DNA from: Streptomyces tirandamycinicus
GTDB taxonomy: Bacteria; Actinomycetota; Actinomycetes; Streptomycetales; Streptomycetaceae
Assembly (NCBI RefSeq): GCF_003097515.1
Contig: NZ_CP029188.1
Span: 5,530,531-5,562,530, forward strand
Direction: 5' to 3'
DNA: 32,000 nt
Shown here: positions 6,718 through 18,800 of the stretch, piece after piece
How the letters are laid out: every line of letters starts with the position of its first letter
Position numbering within the stretch: the first letter of the stretch is position 1
The notes under the pieces: model-generated
What the model was told of the DNA's origin: nothing
The model's input: only the letters and a program-made list of their open reading frames with translations
Database searches by the model: none
Made by a program: the position numbers and the translations under genes

Positions 6718-6750
6718 GGTAATTCCGCGCTCTCGCATCCCGGAATTACC
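6718..6750. promoter_or_regulatory. Perfect 10-bp inverted repeat GGTAATTCCG-N13-CGGAATTACC in the divergent PKS promoter region (candidate operator)
   Basis: 6718-6727 is the exact reverse complement of 6741-6750. It lies in the comparatively AT-rich 240-nt gap between the gene start at 6625 (-) and the PKS start at 6866 (+). A third half-site-like copy, GGTAATTCGG, is at 6835-6844. Confidence 0.35.
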
Positions 6751-6865
6751 CGTTCGAGATTGCCTGCTGAGGGGTGGGAGAGAATGCGCTGGCTATGATC
6801 GGCCCACAGGTTTCGGCATCTGATCGGAAGTCTTGGTAATTCGGCCGGAAAGGCAGTCGGGCGCG

Positions 6866-9800
6866 ATGACGAATCAGCAGAACGTGGAAACAACCGTGAC
6901 GGGTCGGAGCGAGGGCGAGGCGATCGCGGTCGTCGGTCTGTCCTGCCGCCTGCCGGGCGCGGACGGGCCCGAGGCGTTCTGGGAGCTGCTGCGCACCGGC
7001 TCGGACGCCATCACCCCGGTCCCGGAGGACCGCTGGCGCTCCGCGATCGGCGAGGAGACGCCCGAGGACACCGTCCCCGGCATGCGCCGCGGCGGCTTCC
7101 TCGACCGGGTCGACAACTTCGACGCCGCGTTCTTCGGGGTCGCCCCCCGTGAGGCCGTCACCATGGACCCGCAGCAGCGGCTGGTGCTGGAACTCGCCTG
7201 GGAGGCCCTGGAGCACGCCGGCATCGTGCCCGCCGCCCTGCGCGGCAGCCGCACCGCCGTGTTCGTCGGCACCCTGCGCGACGACTACGCCGCCCTGCTC
7301 TACCAGCACGGCGCCGCCGCGGTCACCCAGCACACCATGGCCGGCGTCAACCGGGGCGTCATCGCCAACCGGGTCTCCTACCACCTCGGCCTGAACGGCC
7401 CCAGCCTCACCGTCGACTCCGCCCAGTCGTCGTCCCTGCTGGCCGTGCACCTGGCCTGCGAGTCGCTGCGCAGCGGCGAATCCGACGCGGCGATCGTCGC
7501 CGGTGTCAACCTCAACCTCCTCGCCGAGGGTGCCGTCACCCAGGAGCGCTTCGGCGGCCTGTCGCCCGACGGCACCACCTACACCTTCGACGCCCGCGCC
7601 AACGGGTTCGTCCGCGGCGAGGGCGGCGCCGCCGTCGTGCTCAAGCCGCTGTCCCGCGCGCTCGCCGACGGCGACCCCGTCCTCGGCGTCATCCGGGGCA
7701 GCGCGGTGAACAACGACGGCGCCACCCCCGGCCTCACCGTCCCCGGACAGGCCTCGCAGGAGCGGGTGCTGCGCGAGGCGTACGCGCGGGCCGGGGTCGA
7801 CCCCGCCGCCGTGCAGTACGTCGAACTCCACGGCACCGGCACCCCGGTCGGCGACCCGATCGAGGCCGCCGCGCTCGGTGCGGTACTCGGCGCCGCCCGC
7901 CCCGGCGACCGGCCGCTGCGTGTCGGCTCGGTGAAGACCAACGTCGGTCACCTGGAGGGCGCTGCGGGCATCACCGGCCTGGTGAAGACCCTGCTCGCGC
8001 TCTCCCGACGCACCCTGCCGCCGAGCCTGAACTTCGCGACCGAGAACCCCGCCATCCCCCTCGCCGACCTGGGCCTGCGCGTGCAGCGCGAGCTGACCGG
8101 CTGGCCCGCGCCAGACCAGCCGCTGATCGCCGGCGTCTCCTCCTTCGGCATGGGCGGCACCAACGCCCACGTGGTGCTGGAGGGGGCACCGGGCACGACC
8201 GGGACGACGCCGGGCGCGCAGGCGCCGGGCACTGCTGAGGTGCCGGACACGGCGGGGGTGTCCAGCGCTGCCGAGGTGCCGGGCGGCGCGGTGGAAGACG
8301 GCGCTCTGCTGCCCTGGATCGTCACCGCCCGCGGCGAGGACGCCCTGCGGGCGCAGGCCGGCCGGTTGCGGGAGGCCGTCGCGGACGGCACCGCGCGCCC
8401 CGCGGATGTCGGCTTCTCCCTCGCCGCCACCCGCACCGTCTTCACCCACCGCGCCGTCGTTCTCGCCGACGACCGCGACGGCATGCTGGCCGGCCTGGAC
8501 GCGCTGGCCGTCGGCACGCCCGCCCGGGACGTCGTCACCGGCGTCGCCCGTCCCGGCCGCACCGCCCTGCTGTTCACCGGGCAGGGCGCGCAGCGCATCG
8601 CCATGGGCCGCGAACTGCGCGCCGCCTTCCCCGCGTTCGCCGCCGCCTTCGACGAGGTGTGCGCGCACTTCGCGCCGCTGCTGGACCGCCCGCTCGCCGA
8701 GGTCGTCGACTCCGGCGAGGGACTGGACGACACCGGCTACACCCAGCCCGCGCTGTTCGCCGTCGAGGTGGCCCTGCACCGGCTGGTGGCCGGCTGGGGC
8801 GTGCGCGCCGACCTGGTCGCCGGGCACTCCATCGGCGAGATCGCCGCCGCGCACGTCGCCGGGGTGCTTTCCCTGAAGGACGCGGCGCAGCTGGTCGCCG
8901 CGCGCGGCCGGCTGATGCAGGCGCTGCCCGAAGGCGGCGCCATGGTCGCCGTCCAGGCCGCCGAGGACGAGGTGCTGCCGCTGCTCGCCGGCCTCGAGGA
9001 CGAGGTCGCGATCGCCGCCGTCAACGGCCCCCGCTCGGTGGTGATCTCCGGCGTCGCCGAGCAGGTCACCCGGATCGCGGACCGGCTCGCCGCCGAGGGT
9101 CGCCGGACTCGCCGGCTGACCGTCTCGCACGCCTTCCACTCGCCGCTGATGGTGCCCATGCTCGACGAGTTCCGCCGCTTCGCCGAGCGGCTGACCTTCC
9201 ACGAGCCGCGCGTGTCCGCCGTGTCCACCGTCACCGGACAGGCGGTCCTGCCCGGCGAGTGGACCTCGCCCGACTACTGGGTGGAGCAGGTCCGACGCCC
9301 CGTGCGCTTCCTGGACGCCGTCCGTACCCTGGAGGCCGCGGGCGCCACCACCCTGCTGGAGATCGGCCCCGACGCGGTCTGCGCCACGATGGCCGCCGAC
9401 TGCCTGGAGGACACCGCCGCCGCCGCACCGATCGCCGCGCTGCGCGCCGGCCGCCCCGAGCCGCGCACCCTGCTCACCGCGCTCGCCGGCGCGTTCGCCC
9501 GCGGCACCGACGTGGACTGGACCGCCGTCCACGCCCCGGCCGCCGGCCGCCGCGTCCCGCTGCCCACCTACGCCTTCCAGCGGGAGCGCTACTGGATCGG
9601 CGGCCCGGCCCGTGCCGCCGCCGCGCTGCCCGCCCCCACCGAACAGCCCGCCCCCGCCGCCCGGCCCGCACGCCGCCCGGCCGCCGGCACCGACACCACC
9701 GCCGTCGTACTCGACCGCATCGCGGCCGTCCTGGAGTACGGCCCGGAGCGCCGCGTCGAGCTGCACGCCACCTTCAAGGACCTCGGCCTGGACTCGCTGA

Positions 9801-12800
9801 TGTCGGTCGAGCTGCGCGACGCGCTGTCCACCGCCACCGGCCTGCGCCTGCCCAGCGGCCTGCTCTTCGACCACCCGACCCCGGCCGCCCTGATCACCTA
9901 CCTCGACGCCCGGCTCGCCGACACCGGCGCCGCCGACGAGGACGACCTCACCGCCCCGGCCGCCGGAGCCGACGAGCCGATCGCGATCGTCGGCATGGCC
10001 TGCCGCTACCCGGGCGGCGTCGGTTCCCCGGAGGACCTGTGGCGGCTGCTCGCCGACGGCGGCGACGCCATCTCAGGCTTCCCCACCGACCGCGGCTGGG
10101 ACCCCGGCCTCTACGACGGCGACCCGACCGCGGGCGGCCACAGCACCGTCCGTGATGGCGGCTTCCTGCACGACGCCGCCCACTTCGACAACGAGTTCTT
10201 CGGCATCTCGCCCCGCGAGGCCCTCGCCATGGACCCGCAGCAGCGGCTGCTGCTGGAGACCGCGTGGGAGGCCGTCGAGCGGGCCGGCCTGGACGCCGCC
10301 GCGCTCAAGGGCACCCGCACCGGCGTGTTCGTCGGCGCCACCGCCCTGGAGTACGGGCCGCGCATGCACGAGGCGCCGGACACCGTCGAGGGCCATGTGC
10401 TGACCGGCACCACCCCGAGCGTGCTCTCCGGCCGGATCGCCTACCAGCTCGGCCTGGTCGGCCCGGCCGTCACCGTCGACACCGCCTGCTCCTCCTCCCT
10501 GGTCGCCCTGCACCTGGCCGTCCGCTCGCTGCGCTCGGGCGAGACCACCCTGGCCATCGTGGGCGGCGCGACCGTGATGTCCTCGCCCGGCATGTTCGTG
10601 GAGTTCTCCCGCCAGCGCGGTCTGGCCCCCGACGGCCGGATCAAGTCCTTCGCCGCCGCCGCCGACGGCACCTCCTGGTCGGAGGGTGTGGGCCTGCTCG
10701 TCGTGGAGCGGCTGTCGGACGCTCGCCGCAACGGGCACCGGGTCCTCGCGGTGCTGCGCGGCAGCGCGGTGAACCAGGACGGTGCGAGCAACGGACTGAC
10801 CGCGCCGAACGGTCCCTCGCAGGAGCGGGTGATCCGGCAGGCGCTGGCCGACGCGCGGCTGGCCCCGGCGGATGTGGATGTCGTCGAGGCGCATGGCACC
10901 GGTACCCGGCTGGGGGACCCGATCGAGGCGCAGGCGTTGCTGGCCACGTACGGCCAGGAGCGTGAAGAGCCGTTGTACCTGGGCTCGTTGAAGTCGAACA
11001 TCGGGCACGCGCAGGCCGCCGCCGGTGTCGGCGGGGTGATCAAGATGGTGCAGGCGATGCGGCACGGGCTGATGCCCCGCACCCTGCACGTGGACGAGCC
11101 CACGCCGCACGTTGACTGGACGGCCGGCGCCGTCGAGTTGCTGACCGAGGAGCGGGAGTGGCCGCGCGGCGAACGGCCGCGCCGGGCCGCCGTCTCCTCC
11201 TTCGGCATCAGCGGCACCAACGCCCACGTCATCATCGAGGAGCCGGATCTCCAGCCCGCCGCGCCCACCGGCCCCGCCGCGGCCGAGGCGCCCACTGCCC
11301 CCGCCGTGGCCGAGGCGACCACCGGCCCGTGGCTGCTCTCCGCGCACAGCCCCGAGGCACTGCGCGCCCAGGCCGCGCGACTGCGGGAGTTCACCTCCGA
11401 AGGCGACCCGCGCCCGGCCGACATCGGCTGGTCCCTCGCCGCCACCCGGACCGCCCTGCCCGAGCGCGCCGTCCTGACCGGCACCACCCCGGACGCGCTG
11501 AACACCGCCCTCGCCGTCCTCGCCGACGGCGGCACCGCGCCGGACGTGCTCACCGGCAGCGCCGCCGGCGCCGGCCGCACCGCGTTCCTCTTCACCGGCC
11601 AGGGTGCCCAGCGCCTGGGCATGGGCCGCGAACTGCACGCATCCTCACCGGTGTTCGCCGCCGCCCTCGACGAGGTGTTCGCCGCCGTCGATCCGCACCT
11701 CGAGCGCCCGTTGCGCGAGGTGATGTTCGCCGCCGAGGGCAGCCCCGAGGCGGAGCTGCTGCACCGCACCGCCTACACCCAGCCCGCCCTGTTCGCCGTG
11801 GAGACCGCGCTGTTCCGGCTCGCCGAGCACCACGGAACGGTGCCCGACCTGCTGGCCGGCCACTCGATCGGCGAGGTCACCGCCGCCCACCTGGCCGGGG
11901 TGCTCTCCCTGGAGAACGCGGCCGAGCTGGTCGCCGCGCGCGGCCGGCTGATGCAGTCCGCACGGGCGGGCGGCGCGATGGTCGCGATCGAGGCCGAGGA
12001 GGCCGAACTCGCGCCGGAGCTGGCGGAGCTGACCGGCCGGCTCGCCCTCGCCGCCGTCAACGGCCCCACTTCCGTGGTGGTCTCCGGCGACGCGGACGCC
12101 GCCGTGGAACTCGCCGCGCGCTGGGAGGGCCGAGGCCGCCGCACCCGCCGGCTCCAGGTGAGCCACGCCTTCCACTCGCCGCACATGGACGACGTCCTCG
12201 ACGCGTTCCGCGCGGTCGTCGACCGCCTCACCTTCCACCCGCCGCGCATCCCGGTCGTCTCCACGGTCACCGGTGAGATCGCCACCACCGAGCAGCTCAC
12301 CTCACCGGAGTACTGGGCCGACCAGATCCGCCGCCCCGTGCGCTTCCTGGACGCGCTGCGCACCCTCGCCCGGCACGGTGTCACCGTCCTCGTCGAGGCG
12401 GGCCCCGACCCCGTGCTGACGTCCCTGGCCCGCTCCGCGCTCGGCGACACCGCGACCGCCGTCCCGCTGATGCGGACGGGACGGGACGAGCCGGAGGCGT
12501 TCACCGGCGGGCTGGCCCTCGCCTGGGCGCACGGCGCGCCCCTGGACGCCACCGCCTTCCACCCCGGCGGCCGGCGCGTCGACCTGCCCACCTACGCCTT
12601 CCAGCGCACCCACTACTGGCTCGCCCCGGACGGCCCCGCCGACGCCCGCGGCCTCGGCCTGGACCCCGCCGACCACCCGCTGCTGCACACCGCGGTGGAC
12701 GTGGCGGGCCAGGACGACCTGCTGCTGACCGGCCGGCTCTCCACCGACACCCACCCCTGGCTCGCCGACCACGCCATCGGCGGCACCGTCCTGGTGCCCG

Positions 12801-15800
12801 CCACCGCCTTCCTCGAACTCGCCCTCGCCGCGGGCGGACGCCTCGGCGCCGACCGGGTCGACGAGCTGACCCTGGAAGCCCCGCTGGTGCTGCCCGAGCA
12901 CACCCCGGTGCGGGTCCAGGTCGCCGTCGGCGCCCCCGACTCCACCGGCGCCCGCGCCTTCGGCGTGTACGCCCGCCCCGACACCGGGTCCGGCGACGCG
13001 GAGGCCTGGACCCGGCACGCCTCCGGCACCCTCGGCGGCAGCCCGGCCGACGCCGCCACGGCCGCCGTACCGGCCGAGTGGCCGCCCGCCCACGCCACCG
13101 CCGAACCGCTGGACGACGCCTACGACCGGCTGGCCGGACTCGGCTACGGGTACGGCCCGGTCTTCCAGGGGCTGACCGCGCTGTGGCGCTCCGGCGACGA
13201 GCTGTACGCCGAGGTCGCGCTCCCCGCCGACCAGCACGCCGGGGCCGACCGGTACGGCCTGCACCCCGCGCTGTTCGACGCCCTGCTGCACCCGCTGGTC
13301 CTGCACGCGGCGGGCGACGCGACGGGCGCCGACTCCATCCGGCTGCCCTTCGCCTGGTCCGGCCTCACCCTGCACGCGGGCGGCGCCACCGCGCTGCGCG
13401 TGCGCATCGCCCCCACCGGCGCCGACGGCTACACCCTCACCGCCACCGACCCGGCCGGCGCGCCCGTGGTCTCCCTGGAGCGGCTGACCCTGCGGCCCAT
13501 CGCCCGCGACCAGCTCGCCGCCGTCACCCGCCGGACCGACACCCTCTACGACATCGAGTGGCAGCCGGTCGCCGTACCCGACGCCCCCGACCTGACCTTC
13601 GCTCAGGCGGCGGACGGCGAACTGCCCGAGGCCGACGCCCTGGTCGTGCGCCCGGAACTGCTCGTCGCGGAAGCGGCCGAGGACCGGGCCGCCGCCGCGC
13701 GCCGCACGGCGAGCGCCTTCCTCGGCCTCGTCCAGCGCTTCCTCGCCGACCCCCGGCAGGAGAACACCCGGCTCGTCGTCGTCACCCGCGGAGCGGTCGC
13801 CACGGCACCCGGCGAGGACGCCGATTCCCTGGCCACCGCCCCCGTGTGGGGCCTGGCCCGCACCGTCCAGTCCGAGCACCCGGACCGGATCGTACTGGTC
13901 GACAGCGACAGCGACAGTGACGGCGACACCGCGCTGCTGCGTGCCGCGCTCACCGCCGGAGAACCCCAACTCGCGATCCGACAAGGCAGGTTCCTCGCTC
14001 CGCGGCTCGTCCGGGCCGCGACCGGCGGGCAGCTGCCCGGCGCACTCGCCGACGGCGCGGTGCTCATCACCGGCGGCACCGGCGGACTCGGCGCCCTCTT
14101 CGCCCGGCACCTGGTGACCGAGCACGGGGTGCGCGAGCTGGTGCTGGTCAGCCGGCGCGGCCCGCAGGCGCCGGGCGCCGCCGAACTCCGCGACGAGCTG
14201 CGCGAACTGGGCGCCGAGGTGGCGGTCGAGGCGTGCGACGTCGCCGACCGCGCACAGCTCGCCGAGCTGATCGGCCGCATCGGCGAGCGGCTCACCGGTG
14301 TCGTCCACACCGCCGGCGTCCTCGACGACGCCACCGTCGAAGGCCTGACGGACGAGCAGCTGGAGCGGGTCCTGCGGCCCAAGGCGGACGCCGCCTGGCA
14401 CCTGCACGACCTCACCCGCGACCTCGACCTCGCCGCGTTCGTGCTGTTCTCCTCTGTCTCCGGTCTGCTCGGCACCGCCGGACAGGCCAACTACGCCGCT
14501 GCCAACGCCTTCCTGGACACCCTCGCCGCCCACCGCCGCGCCCACGGCCTGGCCGCGCTGTCACTGGCCTGGGGCCTGTGGGACGCCACGTACGGCATGG
14601 GCGGCACCCTCGGCGAGGCCGACCTCGCCCGCTGGAGCCGGGCCGGCATCCGCCCTCTCACCCCCGAGCAGGGTCTCGCCCTGTTCGACGCCGCGCTCGC
14701 GGGCGAGCAGGCCGTGCGCGTGCCCGCCGCCTTCGACCTGGCGGCGCTGCGCGCGGCGGACGCCCACCCCGCGCCCCTGCTGCGCGCCCTGGTCCGCACC
14801 CGGCCCCGGCGCACCGCCGCCGCGGCCACCGCGGGCGGCGGCTCCGACTGGGCGACGCGCACGGCCGCGCTGCCCGCGGACGAGCGCCGCGAGACGGTCC
14901 TCGACCTGGTGCGCGACACGGTCGCCGGTGTCCTCCAACACCCGAACCCGCAGCGCCTGGAACCACAGCGGGCCTTCAAGGAGATCGGCTTCGACTCGCT
15001 CGCCGGTGTCGAACTGCGCAACCGGCTGAACACGGCCACCGGGCTGCGGCTGCCCGCCACCGTCGTCTTCGACCACCCCTCCCCGCAGGCCGTCGCCGAG
15101 TACCTGCTGTCCCGGCTGGCCGACGTCACCGCCGCCGCGGTCCCCGCCCGCCCGGTCCGGCGGGCCGCGGCCGACGAGCCGATCGCGATCGTCGGCATGG
15201 CCTGCCGCTACCCCGGCGGGATCGGCTCGCCGGAGGACCTGTGGCGGCTGGTCGCCGAGGGCGTGGACGCCGTCAGCACCTTCCCGGAGAACCGCGGCTG
15301 GGACCTGGAGGCCCTGTACGACCCGGACCCGGAGCGCACCGGCACCTCGTACGTTCGCCACGGCGGCTTCCTGCACGAGGCCGACCTGTTCGACCGCGAG
15401 TTCTTCGGGATTTCGCCGCGTGAGGCCACCGCGATGGACCCGCAGCACCGGCTGCTGCTGGAGACCGCGTGGGAGACCTTCGAGAGCGCCGGCCTCGACC
15501 CCACCGGCCTGCGCGGCTCGCGCACCGGCGTCTTCACCGGCGCCATGTACGACGACTACGTCTCACGGCTCGCGGCGAGCCCCGAGGAGTACGAGGGCTT
15601 CCTGCTCGCGGGCAACCTGTCCAGCGTGGTGTCCGGCCGGCTGTCGTACACCTACGGCTTCGAGGGCCCGGCCGTCACCGTCGACACCGCCTGCTCCTCC
15701 TCCCTGGTCGCCCTGCACCTGGCGGCGAACGCCCTGCGCAACGGCGAGTGCGACCTCGCGCTGGCCGGCGGTGTCACCGTCATGGCCGGACCGCACGTGT

Positions 15801-18800
15801 TCATCGAGTTCTCCCGCCAGCGGGGCCTGGCCCCCGACGGGCGCTCCAAGTCCTTCGCCGCCGGGGCGGACGGCACCGGCTGGTCGGAGGGCGTGGGCCT
15901 GCTCCTCGTCGAGCGGCTGTCCGACGCCCGGCGCAACGGCCACCGGGTCCTCGCGGTGCTGCGCGGCAGCGCCGTCAACCAGGACGGCGCCAGCAACGGC
16001 CTCACCGCCCCCAACGGCCCCTCCCAGGAGCGCGTCATCCAGCAGGCCCTGCAGAGCGCGGGCCTCGCCCCGGCGGATGTGGACGTCGTCGAGGCGCACG
16101 GCACCGGTACCCGGCTGGGCGACCCGATCGAGGCGCAGGCGCTGCTGGCCACCTACGGCCAGGAGCGTGAAGAGCCGTTGTACCTGGGCTCGTTGAAGTC
16201 CAACATCGGGCACGCGCAGGCCGCCGCCGGTGTCGGCGGGGTGATCAAGATGGTGCAGGCGATGCGGCACGGGCTGATGCCGCGCACCCTGCACGTGGAC
16301 GAGCCCACGCCGATGGTCGACTGGACGGCCGGCGCCGTCGAACTGCTGACCGAGGAGCGGGAGTGGCCGCGCGGCGAACGGCCGCGCCGGGCCGCCGTCT
16401 CGTCGTTCGGTATCAGCGGCACCAACGCCCACGTCATCATCCAGGAGCCGGACACCCCCGCCCCGGCGGGCGAGCCCCAGGCCCCCGAGACCGCGCCCTA
16501 CCTGATCTCCGCGCACCTCCCGGACGCCCTGCGCGACCAGGCGGCCCGGCTGCACCAGCACGTCACCGCGCACCCCGAGGTGCCGCTCGCCGACCTCGGC
16601 CACTCCCTGGCCACCACCCGCACCCTGCACGACCACCGGGCCGTCGTCATCGCCGCCGATCGCGCCGAACTGCTCGACCAGCTCGCCGTGCTGGCCCGCG
16701 GCGAGAGCGGCCCGAACGCGCTGCCCGTCCCGTCCGGACGGCCGGGCAGGACCGCCGTGCTGCTCACCGGGCAGGGCTCCCAGCGCCTCGGCATGGGCCG
16801 CGAACTGTACGCGTCCTCGCCGGTGTTCGCCGCCGCGTTCGACGAGATCTGCGGCCACCTCGACCGCACCCTGGTCCGGCCGCTGAAGACCGTGCTGTTC
16901 GCCCCGGAGGACTCCGCCGACTCCGCGCTGCTCGACCAGACCGCGTTCACCCAGGCCGCGCTGTTCGCCGTGGAGACCGCGCTCTACCGGCTCGCCGAGC
17001 ACCACGGCATCACCCCCGACTACCTGCTCGGCCACTCCATCGGCGAGGTCACCGCCGCCCACCTGGCCGGGGTGCTGGACCTCGCGGACGCAGCGGTCCT
17101 CGTCGCCGAACGCGGCCGGCTGATGCAGGCCGCCCGCGAGGGCGGTGCCATGGCCGCCGTCGAGGTCACCGAGGCGGAGGTGCGCGACCTCCTCACGCCG
17201 TACGCCGGCCGGGTGTCCGTCGCCGCCGTCAACGGGCCCCGCTCCACGGTGATCTCCGGGGACGCCGACGCCGTCGACGCCCTCGCCGAGGAGCTGCGCG
17301 CCCGCGGCGGCCGCACCAAGCGCCTCCTGGTCAGCCACGCCTTCCACTCGCCGCACATGGAGGAGGTGCTGGACGAGTTCCGCGCCGTCGCGGCCGGCCT
17401 CACCTTCCACGCCCCCCGCATCCCGGTCGTCTCCAACGTCACCGGCGAGTTCGCCACCCCCGAACAGCTCGCCTCACCCGACTACTGGGCGCGGCACATC
17501 CGGGAGGCCGTCCGCTTCTACGACGGCGTTCGGCTGCTGGAAAAGCACGGCGTCACCGAGTGGCTGGAACTCGGCCCCGACGGTGTGCTGACCGCCCTGG
17601 TCCAGCGGTCGCTGACCGCCGAGTCCGGCACCGTCACCGCCGCACTGCGCCGCGGCCGGCCCGAGCACCGCACCTTCACCACGGCGCTCGGCCTGCTCGC
17701 CGCGCGCGGCGTCCGGCCGCGCTGGGAGACCTTGTTCCCCGGCGCGCGCCGCACCGCCCTGCCCGGCTACGCCTTCCAGCGGCGGCGGTACTGGCTCGAC
17801 GCCCCTGCCACCGTCGGCGACGCCGCCGGATTCGGACTGGCCGCCGCCGGCCACCCGCTGCTCGGCGCCGGAGTGTCCCTCGCCGACCGCGACGAACACC
17901 TCTACACCGGACGGCTCTCCCGGCACACCCACGCCTGGCTGACCGACCACGCCGTCGCCGGCAACGTCCTGGTGCCCGGCACCGGCCTGCTGGAGATCGC
18001 CCTCGCCGCCGGCGAGCGCACCGGCGTCCCGGCCGTCGGCGACCTCACCCTCGCCGCCCCGCTGACGCTGCCCGAGCGCGGCGCCGTGCGGCTCCAGGTG
18101 ACCGTGGGCGCCGCCGAGGCCGACGGCACCCGCCCGGTGCGGATCCACTCCCGGCCCGAGGACGGCCCGGCGGACGACGACTGGACCCTGCACGCCCACG
18201 GCACCCTGCACGCCGAGGACACCCCCGCCCCGGCCGCGACCCTCGCCGCCTGGCCGCCGCCCGGCGCCACCGAGGCCGACCTGACCGGCGCCTACGACCG
18301 GCTCGCCGACCAGGGCTACGCCTACGGGCCCGCCTTCCGCAATCTGCGCCGCGTGTGGACCGCCGGCGACGACCTCTACGCCGAGGTCGCCCTCGACGCC
18401 GACCAGCGGCAGCACGCCGCCCGGTTCGCCGTCCACCCGGCGCTGCTCGACGCCGCCCTGCACACCCTGCTGCCCGGCGTCACCCGGGAGAGCGGACACC
18501 CGCTGCTGCCCTTCTCCTGGTCCGGCGTCACCGTGCACGCCACCGGGGCCTCGGCGCTGCGGGTCCGGCTCGCCGTCAGCGGCACCGAATCCCCGGTCGC
18601 CGCGCTGACCGTCGCCGACGAGACGGGCGCCCCGCTCGTCACCGTCGACGATCTCACCCTGCGCCCGCTGTCCGCCGAGGCCCTCTCCGCCGCGGCCGCG
18701 CAGCCCGACGGCCTGCTCCGGGTCGAGTGGACCCCGCTGACCGGGGCCGCGCCGCACCCGGTGCCCGCCGGATGGGCGGTGCTCGGCGAACCCGGCCCCG

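Noticed and set aside
6685-6758. TCGAG-containing heptamers (attcgag at 6685-6691, gttcgag at 6752-6758) as classical SARP boxes
   Set aside because: There are only two copies about 67 nt apart, not in tandem 11-bp register. That is too weak to call, and the GATTACC/GGTAAT elements are the better-supported candidates.
6760-6799. Candidate -35/-10 hexamers for the PKS promoter (TTGCCT 6760-6765, GAGAAT 6780-6785, TATGAT 6794-6799)
   Set aside because: The spacings (14 nt and 28 nt) do not fit a housekeeping sigma-70-type promoter. Without TSS data any assignment would be guesswork.
6833-6865. TTG 6833 as the PKS 1 start, and ATG 24120 as the PKS 3 start
   Set aside because: ATG 6866 and ATG 24186 each have a better-placed purine-rich RBS. 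24120 lies inside the inter-gene hairpin and upstream of AAGGAGAGG. The differences are small and do not affect domain content.
13510-14050. Possible ER domain in the DH-KR gaps of modules 1, 2 and 4
   Set aside because: The gaps are only about 180 aa. They read like the KR structural (pseudo-KR) subdomain (..[24 protein letters not shown]..). No ER-type LxHxxxGGVG nucleotide-binding motif is present.
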